DNA from: Candidatus Enterousia merdequi
GTDB taxonomy: Bacteria > Pseudomonadota > Alphaproteobacteria > Rs-D84
DNA: 25,505 nt
Assembly: GCA_018065345.1 (NCBI GenBank)
Contig: JAGHTM010000123.1
Span: 1-25,505, forward strand
Direction of reading: 5' to 3'
Shown: piece by piece, positions 1 through 8,519 of the stretch
Layout: each line of letters opens with the position of its first letter
Position numbering within the stretch: position 1 is the first letter of the stretch
The notes under the pieces: model-generated
Database searches by the model: none
Seen by the model: only the letters and a program-made list of their open reading frames with translations
What the model was told of the DNA's origin: nothing
Program-made: the position numbers and the translations under genes

Positions 1-278
1 AAGCTAGGACTATACTGGACAGAGCTAGCGTTATATAGGGATACGCACATAAGGGATTTGTAAATAAATAGACATATATACATTGGTGTAGGTGGGAAAG
101 GATATGGGGTATGGGATATATATGGGGCACTCCGGTAGGTATATGGGGGATGGGAGATGGAAGTACCGGTATATATTGTTACGGTTTAGATAGGAATACG
201 CTGCAGAATTTTTTCAATATTTTTACCCAGACTAAGTAAATCTAAGATATCCCTTACACGACCAATGTTCAACCCTCT

Positions 279-284
279 GAGCCA
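279..284 (+). mobile_element. att-like junction core GAGCCA (left end of module A)
   Basis: Same hexamer followed by a hairpin at the same spacing as at 5609, 11054 and 25331; overlaps the integrase remnant. Confidence 0.6.
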
Positions 285-292
285 CATTTTAC

Positions 293-329
293 AACCCTTC
301 GCAAAAAGCAGTTTGTCGAAGGGTTTTTT
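293..329 (+). terminator. Rho-independent terminator-like hairpin
   Basis: aacccttcg (293-301) pairs with cgaagggtt (317-325), inner caaa/tttg pairing, followed by a T run. Confidence 0.65.
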
Positions 330-454
330 CAAGTAAAAACAAGCACTTTTGTCTGTTAGTACACCAGCCATACGACTACATGGCAAATATAGTATTTCTG
401 CCTTGAAAAATCCGCTTTTATACCTATATAAACATCAATAATAAAGGTATAAAA

Positions 455-2092
455 ATGGGAAAGACAGAAATTGCACCACAAATAGATTGGAACAAAGACA
501 AATTAGGCATCAAAGATAATGTCATTGGCTTCGCTAATATTTTAAAACAAGAAAAATACACACAGGACGGAACTTCAAAAGTGTATTCTATTTCTGCAGA
601 ATTTGGTATTGGTAAGACGTTTTTTTGTGAACATTTACAGGATGTTTTAAAACAGGACGGCATACCTGTATCAATGTTAAACATCTGGAAAATGGATTTT
701 TATGAAAACCCTCTTGTTCCGTTGCTTATCAACTTACAACAGACCTACACAATGTATTCGAATACACCTGAAGCTTTCCCTAATCCGAAAAAACTGTTAA
801 ATATGTTTAAATCTTTAGTGGCAGGTATTTCTGTTGAAGCTCATGCGCCACTGTTTGGCAAAATTGTTATTGATGGCGAAAAAATCATAAACTGTCATGA
901 GAATCTGAAAAACACAGAAGCAAAAAACAGCATTTACACCGAATACAAACAATTCGAAACAGAATTAAACAATTTAAAATCTTTTCTGGGCGATTGGGCA
1001 AAAAGCATGAATAAGCCCATAGTCATTATAATCGATGAACTAGATCGATGCCGTCCGGATTATGCCGTTAAGACGTTGGAAATATTAAAGCATTTCTTTG
1101 ATATTAAAGGTTTTGTGTTTGTTCTTGCTATTGATGAAGAACAATTAAAAAACTCTGTAGAAACTTTATTTGGGACTAAAAACTTTGACGGTTATAAACG
1201 TAAATTTATCAATAACTCTTTCATTCTTCCTGCACCAAACAAAGTAAAATTTACTGATTTTTTATATGACAAATCTGGATTATCAAATGTTGTAAAACAA
1301 ATCGAATCCTGTGAAAAAGATTTGGTATTTAAGACGGTTCTAAAAGATATGGAATTACGATATGTTAGCAATGATCCGGCTCTCCAAAAGGAGCGAGATT
1401 ATAATAACAGTCAAACTTCTGAGCAAATTATTAAACATTATTTTGCAGCTTATAGTATATGGTTTAAATTCTCTTTACGTCAAATGGAACAAATTTTTGA
1501 TAGATTGGTTTTATTCTCAAAATATATTTTGAATTGCGATGAATTGTATTCGCCAGATTTAGCAGTATTTTTAATATGTTTACATGAATTCGATTTGGCA
1601 ATATATAACAAATTGCGTTCTTCTTCCAGCAAAGTTTATGGTCAACACGGTGGATTATTAAAGCATATTTATAGCACCAACAAAACAGAAGCCTCGCTTG
1701 CACGAGTTATTTATAAAGATGACTCAGACACAATGTTTGACACTCTAGATCGTAATCTAATTCCAAAAGTTCCTGAAATTCTTGGTTTTTCAGCGATCGG
1801 TTCCTTTAATCAACAACATACCGTTATCATTCACGATAACGTAGATCGTTTCTTTGTTGCTGAAGAGTCGCAACAACATCCACTGACTTGGATTGTTGAA
1901 ATACAGGATCATGAGACAGGGAAACGGTCAATGGCGCAAAATAATGGCAGAGTAGCTGTTATAACCAATTCTAAACGTGATGCCGCTTGGAAAGAACCAC
2001 CTGCCGATGTAGACACTGCAACACAATTTGATTTAGAGCAATTCCGCAAAGATTATTTTGATAAAACGGATTTCATTTTGAATTTTAAATAA
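455..2092 (+). CDS. KAP-family P-loop NTPase with long C-terminal extension
   Basis: Walker A variant SAEFGIGKT, then MLNIWKMDF and Walker B IVIIIDELDRCRPDYAVKTLEILKHFF, plus YKRKFIN; these motifs are typical of KAP NTPases. Confidence 0.85.
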   Translation: MGKTEIAPQIDWNKDKLGIKDNVIGFANILKQEKYTQDGTSKVYSISAEFGIGKTFFCEHLQDVLKQDGIPVSMLNIWKMDFYENPLVPLLINLQQTYTMYSNTPEAFPNPKKLLNMFKSLVAGISVEAHAPLFGKIVIDGEKIINCHENLKNTEAKNSIYTEYKQFETELNNLKSFLGDWAKSMNKPIVIIIDELDRCRPDYAVKTLEILKHFFDIKGFVFVLAIDEEQLKNSVETLFGTKNFDGYKRKFINNSFILPAPNKVKFTDFLYDKSGLSNVVKQIESCEKDLVFKTVLKDMELRYVSNDPALQKERDYNNSQTSEQIIKHYFAAYSIWFKFSLRQMEQIFDRLVLFSKYILNCDELYSPDLAVFLICLHEFDLAIYNKLRSSSSKVYGQHGGLLKHIYSTNKTEASLARVIYKDDSDTMFDTLDRNLIPKVPEILGFSAIGSFNQQHTVIIHDNVDRFFVAEESQQHPLTWIVEIQDHETGKRSMAQNNGRVAVITNSKRDAAWKEPPADVDTATQFDLEQFRKDYFDKTDFILNFK

Positions 2093-2120
2093 CGACATCG
2101 TATTTAAAATCGCTATTCTT

Positions 2121-2171
2121 TGATTTCAATTATGATTTCAATATTGATTTCATCATTGATTTCAGTAATGA
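2121..2171. repeat. Four tandem 12-bp units with invariant TGATTTCA core
   Basis: tgatttcaatta / tgatttcaatat / tgatttcatcat / tgatttcagtaa starting at 2121, 2133, 2145 and 2157. Confidence 0.85.
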
Positions 2172-2181
2172 GTCGAACGTA

Positions 2182-2295
2182 TTTTTTTAAGCAAAACCAA
2201 GCCTTTCGCTCATTTATTACCGAGTTTGATAATATGGTTTTCAAAAATTCGCGTTTTTTTGAGTTTATCGAACAATTCATGATTGTTGCCGCCTG
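2182..2295 (-). pseudogene. Second serine-recombinase-like C-terminal remnant (not in the ORF track)
   Basis: Minus-strand translation QAATIMNCSINSKKREFLKTILSNSVINERKAWFCLKK aligns by eye with VLTDKSACFYLKK (186-386) and DKKRVLIKMLTSNFFIDGCNVQISLKK (25244-25505). Confidence 0.5.
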
Positions 2296-2412
2296 TCCAG
2301 GTGCTGATGTTTTGTTTAGTAAGAATACTGTAAAAACACATGAAAAAAGTCTTTACCAAGAATACTTTCATAGTATATAATGAAGTTATCATAATTATCA
2401 TAGGAAGGGATT

Positions 2413-4398
2413 ATGCTGAATAAAGATAAACTTAATGCTTTGCTAACAGAATACAAATCTGACTTTTCTGCCCAATGGGAAAAAGAAAACTACAAAAGAA
2501 TTGCGATCAAGCACTTTCAAGACAATTGGGATATAGACGCCAAGAACTTTCACGAAATGTTGAAGAATAGTCTTAAAAAAGCTGGAAATTTACTGTTAAG
2601 TGCAAATTTCTTTCCAGGTGGCATGATTCAAAATTTTGCAGAAAGATATCCTGAACAAGTACGCAAAATGTTTCGGAATTTATTCGATGAAACAAAAGAT
2701 TTGGCAGAACGCATTGAAAACTTTAAACAAGCTGCTGATAAATTATTAGAAAAATATCAACAGAAAGAAAATGCCGCTAATCATTATCAAACAGAAAATT
2801 CCATCAGCACATATTTATGGTTACATAATCCCGATAAATATTATATTTATAAGTTCAGCGAATACAAAAGCGTTGTTAATGCATTGGATGCGGAATACAA
2901 GGTATTATGGGGAAAATCAATAGACAATTTAATTTCTTGCTTTGCGTTGTATGATGAAGTCTGCAAAATAATCGAGCAAGATAACGAACTTGCTGATTTG
3001 GTTCGTACACATACAGACAATCAACACTTTAAGGACAAAAACTTCAAGGTAACAACAGTTGATTTTTGTTTCTTTGTTTCACGTAAAAAAGACACAGGAG
3101 AAGTTATGGCAAAAACAAACAATGTCACAAGCCAAACGAACCACTGGTGGTTAACAGCCAATCCAAGCATCTGGAAATTCTCTGATATTATTATAGGTTC
3201 TGAACAATATTATACTTTGCTTAATTCTAACGGCAACCCAAGAAAGATTCCTCAGAATTTCCGAGATGCAAAAGCGGACGACTTGATTATAGGATACGAA
3301 GCTTCCCCTAAAAAAATGATTACCGCATTGTGTAAGGTAACTAAAAAAGATAAAGAAAAGCTGTATTTCACAAAAATTAAAGATTTTGTAAATCCTGTTG
3401 ATTATCAAACCCTAAAAGCAATACCAGAACTGGCGGATTTAGAATTCTTCAAAAACCCAAACGGTAGTCTGTTTAAAGTAACAGAAATGGAATACAATGC
3501 CATCATGGACTTAATTGATGATGGTAATGCCCAACCAAATCTGTTAAACAGCGTAACATCTTTTGATAAATATACGAAAAAAGAGTTTTTGAGAGATGTG
3601 TTTATGTCATCAGAAAAATATGACGAATTGGTTGATCTATTAAAAACCAAGAAGAATATTATTTTACAGGGCGCACCGGGTGTTGGTAAAACATATGCCG
3701 CTGAACGCCTTGCGTATTCCATAATGGGCAGCAAGGATAAATCGCGTGTCAAATTCATTCAGTTCCACCAAAACTATTCATATGAAGATTTTGTTATAGG
3801 ATATAAACCAACAAATACAGGATTTGAACTGAAACGAGGCGTATTTTATGAATTCTGCATGAAAGCGGCGAACGACCCATCACAAGATTATTTCTTTATA
3901 ATCGATGAAATCAATCGCGGAAACATGAGCAAAATCTTCGGTGAATTGCTTATGATGATAGAATCTGACTATAGAAACAAACCTGTACAATTGGCATACA
4001 CAAAGGATTCTTTTATTGTGCCAGAAAACCTACATATCATCGGCATGATGAATACTGCAGACCGTAGCTTAGCCATGATAGATTACGCTTTGCGTCGCAG
4101 ATTTAGTTTTGTAAATATGGAGCCAGGGTTTAACACTGCAGGATTTAAGAAATATCTTGAACGAAACCCTAAATTTAAGGCATTAACAGCAAAGATTGTT
4201 GAATTAAACGCAAAAATTACAGCAGACGCATCTTTAGGGAAAGGTTTTTGTATCGGGCACAGCTATTTGTGCAAACCTGATTCTGATATAAAATCGATCA
4301 TAAAATACGATTTGATACCATTGATTGAAGAATATTGGTTTGACAATGAAACAACTCAGAAACAACACATAACCTTTCTGGAAGAGCTTGTTAAATGA
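2413..4398 (+). CDS. mcrB: McrB-family GTPase subunit of a type IV restriction system (unknown N-terminal domain + EVE-like domain + AAA+ GTPase)
   Basis: GAPGVGKT Walker A, FIQFHQNYSYEDF, IIDEINRGN Walker B, McrB signature MNTADRS, ALRRRF. The central segment HWWLTANPSIW...AKADDLIIGYEASPKK looks EVE-like. Confidence 0.92.
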   Translation: MLNKDKLNALLTEYKSDFSAQWEKENYKRIAIKHFQDNWDIDAKNFHEMLKNSLKKAGNLLLSANFFPGGMIQNFAERYPEQVRKMFRNLFDETKDLAERIENFKQAADKLLEKYQQKENAANHYQTENSISTYLWLHNPDKYYIYKFSEYKSVVNALDAEYKVLWGKSIDNLISCFALYDEVCKIIEQDNELADLVRTHTDNQHFKDKNFKVTTVDFCFFVSRKKDTGEVMAKTNNVTSQTNHWWLTANPSIWKFSDIIIGSEQYYTLLNSNGNPRKIPQNFRDAKADDLIIGYEASPKKMITALCKVTKKDKEKLYFTKIKDFVNPVDYQTLKAIPELADLEFFKNPNGSLFKVTEMEYNAIMDLIDDGNAQPNLLNSVTSFDKYTKKEFLRDVFMSSEKYDELVDLLKTKKNIILQGAPGVGKTYAAERLAYSIMGSKDKSRVKFIQFHQNYSYEDFVIGYKPTNTGFELKRGVFYEFCMKAANDPSQDYFFIIDEINRGNMSKIFGELLMMIESDYRNKPVQLAYTKDSFIVPENLHIIGMMNTADRSLAMIDYALRRRFSFVNMEPGFNTAGFKKYLERNPKFKALTAKIVELNAKITADASLGKGFCIGHSYLCKPDSDIKSIIKYDLIPLIEEYWFDNETTQKQHITFLEELVK

Positions 4399-5486
4399 TT
4401 ATCGACAAAGGTATCCGTATAAAAAATATTTACTATATGCTCAGCTATGCTTTTGAATTTATAAAGCATACTGGCTATTCAAATATGGATACCGAAGAAT
4501 TTGAGAACATTCACGATTTGTTTGCGGCTATATTAGCCCAAGGGATGGCTTATCAATTAAAAAAAGGGCTATACAAAGAATACGTACATAAAAGCGACAA
4601 TTTATCAACTGTACGTGGCAAAATAAACATTACAGAAACTATTCGCAACAAGATCCTGCAAAGACGCATTATAAATTGCGAGTTTGATGAATTGTCAGAA
4701 AATAATATTTACAATCAGATTATCAAATGTACAGCATCATTATTGCTTCGTCATGGTAATGTTGAAGCCAAGTATAAATCGCGTTTAAAGCAGAGTTTAT
4801 TGTTTTTTTCAAATGTTGATGATATTGATTTAAAAACCGTAAAATGGGGTGCAATAACCTTTCATAGAAACAATCAAAACTACAGAATATTAATAAATAT
4901 ATGCAATCTATTGGCACGAGGCCTATTACAAACAACCAACAATGGACACACTAAATTAGCTACTTTTATTGACGAACAAAGTATGTGCCGTTTGTACGAA
5001 AAATTTATATTAGAATATTACAAACAAGAACACAGCAATACAGTTAAATCAGAAGCGTTGCAAATTCCTTGGGTTTTAGATGATGATAATCAAAATCTGT
5101 TACCAATTATGCAAACAGACATTACACTAACTAGGAAAGGTAAAAATAGGCAAGACATACTGATTATCGATGCAAAATATTACCGAAATACGCTATCAAG
5201 CAACAATCACTCTGATAAATTAACACTGCATTCAGGCAATATGTATCAAATATTCACCTATGTAAAGAATAAAGATGCGGATTTGTTGCGTAAAAACATA
5301 CAGCACAGGGTTTCTGGAATGCTGCTGTACGCAAAAACAGAAGAACAAATCACACTTGATAATTCATATCAAATGAGTGGGAATAATATATGTGTAAAAA
5401 ACCTTGATCTAAACCAAGACTTTTCTGAAATACGAAAACAATTAGACCAAATCTTAACCGACTGTTTTGACACTTTAACATATTAA
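4395..5486 (+). CDS. mcrC: McrC-family restriction endonuclease subunit
   Basis: Overlaps the mcrB stop codon (ATGA). IKNIYYMLSYAF N-terminus, PD-(D/E)xK-type TDITL...IIDAKYY, NMYQIFTY and GMLLYAK. Confidence 0.92.
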   Translation: MIIDKGIRIKNIYYMLSYAFEFIKHTGYSNMDTEEFENIHDLFAAILAQGMAYQLKKGLYKEYVHKSDNLSTVRGKINITETIRNKILQRRIINCEFDELSENNIYNQIIKCTASLLLRHGNVEAKYKSRLKQSLLFFSNVDDIDLKTVKWGAITFHRNNQNYRILINICNLLARGLLQTTNNGHTKLATFIDEQSMCRLYEKFILEYYKQEHSNTVKSEALQIPWVLDDDNQNLLPIMQTDITLTRKGKNRQDILIIDAKYYRNTLSSNNHSDKLTLHSGNMYQIFTYVKNKDADLLRKNIQHRVSGMLLYAKTEEQITLDNSYQMSGNNICVKNLDLNQDFSEIRKQLDQILTDCFDTLTY

Positions 5487-5531
5487 CGTCAAACACTTTG
5501 CTTTACACCCTATGGCGCATTCGTGTAATCT

Positions 5532-5614
5532 TTTAGAAAGATTTCGCAAACTCTACTCAGGCTAGTAAATTCTTCTGGATTTTCTACCCGATACGTGCGA
5601 GTTATCTCGAGCCA
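5532..5614. repeat. 83-bp direct repeat, copy 1 (right end of module A; encodes an integrase tail on the minus strand)
   Basis: 76/83 identical, without gaps, to 25254-25336. Ends in CGAGCCA. Minus strand reads WLEITRTYRVENPEEFTSLSRVCEIFLK. Confidence 0.92.
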
Positions 5615-5622
5615 CAGTTAAC

Positions 5623-5650
5623 ACCGTTCCTAAAAGGAGCGGTTTTTATT
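5623..5650 (+). terminator. Rho-independent terminator-like hairpin
   Basis: accgttcc-taaaa-ggagcggt followed by ttttatt. Confidence 0.7.
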
Positions 5651-5662
5651 TATCACATCATA

Positions 5663-5690
5663 TTGACTTTTTACTTCTTGAATATAAAAT
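5663..5690 (+). promoter_or_regulatory. Putative sigma70 promoter of the Hsp70-like gene
   Basis: TTGACT-N16-TAAAAT; AGGAG ribosome-binding site at 5704-5708 ahead of the ATG at 5715. Confidence 0.45.
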
Positions 5691-5714
5691 GTTATTTATA
5701 TCTAGGAGCAGCCT

Positions 5715-6989
5715 ATGTCCATATATGTTGCGGGCATTGATTTCGGAACTACTAATTCATCAGCAGCCATTTCCGATGGCAAAGTTGTGCAAATGATAGA
5801 TGTAGAAAAAGGTAAAGATACAATACCTACTGCTTTGTTTTTTCCTGATAAATCTAATCAAATACTCTATGGCCGAGAAGCCCAAACAAAATACACCAGC
5901 GAAGAAAATCCTGGCCGTTTTATGCGCAGTATGAAACGTATATTAGGAACGTCTTTAATGCAAGAAGGAACTGTTATCAATGGTAAATCTGTAAGCTTTG
6001 ATGATATCGTTGGTTATTTTATAAAACACATAAAACAAAAGATCGATAAAGCCGCCGGACAAAATGTAGAAAGCGTTGTTATGGGGCGACCTGTTCACTT
6101 TTGTGACGACGACCCAGAAGGTGACAAGCGCGCCGAACAAGAACTGAAAAAAATTGCCCTGGCTGCTGGATTTAAACATGTAGCATTTCAATACGAACCT
6201 ATTGCTGCAGCTTTTGCTCACGAACAAAATATAACATCTGATAAATTAGCTTTTGTGGTAGACATTGGTGGTGGAACTTCTGACTTTACTGTTATCAGAT
6301 TATCACCAAACAGAAAATTTAATTTTGATAGAACCTCTGATGTTTTAGCAAACACAGGCGTTCGCATAGGCGGTAATGATTTCGATAAAGATTTATCTAT
6401 AAAATCTTTTATGCCTTGCTTTGGTTTAGGAACAAAATATAAAACTTATAACAAAGATATTTATTTACCAACAGGACCTTTTATCAGCCTGTCAACTTGG
6501 AGTTCTGTTAATGAAGTTTATAATTACAAGACATTAAATATGGTAAAAGATTATGTTGTTTGGGGTTTAGAACCAGAAAAGACTCAACGCCTTTACGAAA
6601 TCATAGAAAATCGCTTGGGACATCAAAATCTGGATTATGTGGAAAATGCAAAAATTGCTTTATCAGAAATAGCAGAATACGATATTAAACTAGACTTTTT
6701 ATCAGATGCACCAACAATTCATATAAATCGTGAACTATTTGAAAAAGCTATTGAACAAAATGTTAAAAAAATCGAAAAATCAGTTCAAGAATGTTTGAAT
6801 AAGGCAAAAGTCAAAAACACTGATATAGAGTTGGTAATTTTAACTGGTGGTTCAACCGAAATTCCATATATTAACAACGCAATGCAATCATATTTTCCAA
6901 AAGCTAAAGTTTCTTCTGAAAATAAAATGGCTAGTGTAGGTTTAGGACTAGCATATGATGCCATGCGCCGTTTTTATAAAAAACCATAA
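5715..6989 (+). CDS. yegD: YegD-like Hsp70-family ATPase (no canonical peptide-binding domain)
   Basis: GIDFGTTNS, GRPVHF, FQYEPIAAA, VDIGGGTSDF, IGGNDFD and VILTGGST; 424 aa, shorter than DnaK. Confidence 0.85.
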   Translation: MSIYVAGIDFGTTNSSAAISDGKVVQMIDVEKGKDTIPTALFFPDKSNQILYGREAQTKYTSEENPGRFMRSMKRILGTSLMQEGTVINGKSVSFDDIVGYFIKHIKQKIDKAAGQNVESVVMGRPVHFCDDDPEGDKRAEQELKKIALAAGFKHVAFQYEPIAAAFAHEQNITSDKLAFVVDIGGGTSDFTVIRLSPNRKFNFDRTSDVLANTGVRIGGNDFDKDLSIKSFMPCFGLGTKYKTYNKDIYLPTGPFISLSTWSSVNEVYNYKTLNMVKDYVVWGLEPEKTQRLYEIIENRLGHQNLDYVENAKIALSEIAEYDIKLDFLSDAPTIHINRELFEKAIEQNVKKIEKSVQECLNKAKVKNTDIELVILTGGSTEIPYINNAMQSYFPKAKVSSENKMASVGLGLAYDAMRRFYKKP

Positions 6990-7012
6990 ATTGTAAGTTA
7001 TTATTTCAGACA

Positions 7013-7891
7013 TTATACATAGGAGTCTTCCATATGTCTGCATGCAATTAATTTCTTTAATCTTTTTATATTTTGTTCTCTAGAAACCCAACTTAATTCT
7101 GGATGTGCAAAACTCATTAAAAACATGCATATACAATAAAAGAATTGTCGTGATTTAAAACCATTATCCATCTTCTTTCCATATCCAATTTCCAAGAATT
7201 TTTGTGGTTCACCAAACATATATCTAAATTCATAAGCAGGGTCTGCATAATGAAAAGCACCAAAATCTATTACTCCTGTTATTTGATAATCTTTTGTTGA
7301 CACCATTATATTATTAAAATGCAAATCTGCATGACACGGCAACAAATCAATTGATTTTGCAGTTTGTTCAAAATTCAATAAACTATTATTAATAATTGAT
7401 ATTTCTTCTTTGGTTAACTGTTTTTGTAAACCAGGTGTAAACCATTTATAAAAATTATCTTTCTGATATTCAGCAGAACGTATTAATCTATTTTGTAACT
7501 TTGATACCTTAATAGAATTAATTTCTGCGTAAATCTTTCCGTATTCAATTAAAAAATTTTCACGTATTTTTTTAGGCAAATTTCTATATATTTCATACGA
7601 AAAAGGATTACCGTCAATTTTTTCTTCTATTATTATTTCACGACCATCTGATAACAATCCATGATTTATCATATTTGGTGTAATAAAATTTACTTTATTT
7701 TTAATATATTCCAAAACATCACTTTCAGAATTTTGATACTCATTTATACTGTTGCTTTTTGATACTTTTACTACATATTTATTATTGATATCCCAGGTTT
7801 TAGCAAATAAACCTTCACCCAAAAATTTAATATCCTTTATAGAAACATCAGAAATATTTTCTAATAAAAACAGATATATTTCATTTTCCAT
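7013..7891 (-). CDS. Aminoglycoside-phosphotransferase/choline-kinase-fold protein
   Basis: LGEGLFAK glycine loop, VVKV, Brenner motif CHADLHFNNIMV, GVIDFG and DPAYEF. Substrate cannot be inferred. Confidence 0.85.
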   Translation of the reverse strand: MENEIYLFLLENISDVSIKDIKFLGEGLFAKTWDINNKYVVKVSKSNSINEYQNSESDVLEYIKNKVNFITPNMINHGLLSDGREIIIEEKIDGNPFSYEIYRNLPKKIRENFLIEYGKIYAEINSIKVSKLQNRLIRSAEYQKDNFYKWFTPGLQKQLTKEEISIINNSLLNFEQTAKSIDLLPCHADLHFNNIMVSTKDYQITGVIDFGAFHYADPAYEFRYMFGEPQKFLEIGYGKKMDNGFKSRQFFYCICMFLMSFAHPELSWVSREQNIKRLKKLIACRHMEDSYV

Positions 7892-8016
7892 TTCTAACTT
7901 TATCTATATTTACAACAATTTGCAAATTACTTACAAACAATATAATCATTATACTAAAACAAACTCATTATCTGCTACAATCAATTAAGATAAAACATCT
8001 TTGCAATTCATGATGT

Positions 8017-8508
8017 TTATCTCATTTTTTGAATATCTAAAATTTCTGTTCTAAATGTTCCCAAAGGAATTTTTACCACACGTTTTTCACCAACCTTTGC
8101 ACCCATTAAAGGAGATACAATTGGTGCATTATAACTAAATAATGCTTTCTTATGATCTTGTCCTCCAACAGGTACAACACCTATTGTTCTTTCACGAATT
8201 TCGGTATTTACAATATTTTCCTCTCTTACTTTAACCCAACAATAAATACCCACAACAGTTGGTTTATTTGGAACAACGTCTGAAAAAACATAATAAATTT
8301 CAACTTCTCGCACAGCTTGAAACAATCTATCTTCTGCTAATTTTTCTTCTCTTGTTGCATTTTCATAAGCAAAATTATCATGCCATGCATTTGTATCACC
8401 TTCAAAAGCAACTTTTTTATCAAGTCTTATTCGATCCAAATCTGCTTGTAATTTGGCAATTCTTTCCGTACATAATTTTAAATATTCTTTAGTAACAAAA
8501 GTTTTCAT
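8017..8508 (-). CDS. GreA/GreB-family transcription factor with variant coiled-coil tip
   Basis: N-terminal coiled coil with GDTNAWHDNFAYE tip; C-terminal SYNAPIVSPLMGAKVGEKRVVKIPLG. Confidence 0.8.
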   Translation of the reverse strand: MKTFVTKEYLKLCTERIAKLQADLDRIRLDKKVAFEGDTNAWHDNFAYENATREEKLAEDRLFQAVREVEIYYVFSDVVPNKPTVVGIYCWVKVREENIVNTEIRERTIGVVPVGGQDHKKALFSYNAPIVSPLMGAKVGEKRVVKIPLGTFRTEILDIQKMR

Positions 8509-8519
8509 TTATACGTCCC

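Larger units (their letters stand above)
186..386 (-). pseudogene. C-terminal remnant of a large serine recombinase-like integrase, reading across the GAGCCA junction
   Basis: VLTDKSACFYLKKPFDKLLFAKGCKMWL resembles the LKKPF...W-L ending of tRNA-targeting serine recombinases and parallels the ORF at 25244-25505 (ISLKKSLETIVNFKGCPTWL). TGGCTC (WL) is the reverse complement of GAGCCA at 279-284. The rest of the gene is absent. Confidence 0.6.

Noticed and set aside
1-175. Open Pro/His-rich minus-strand frame over the G tract
   Set aside because: No start codon after the preceding stop; a by-product of the G runs.
2120-2401. ORF-track calls 2120-2380 (+) and 2210-2401 (-)
   Set aside because: No motifs; better explained by the 12-bp repeat and by the recombinase remnant in a different minus frame.
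4120-4125. Additional GAGCCA
   Set aside because: Inside mcrB coding sequence with no following hairpin; a few chance hexamers are expected in 25 kb.
7013-7891. Calling the kinase a specific aminoglycoside-resistance gene
   Set aside because: Only fold-level motifs are visible; it is not recognisable as a named aph allele.
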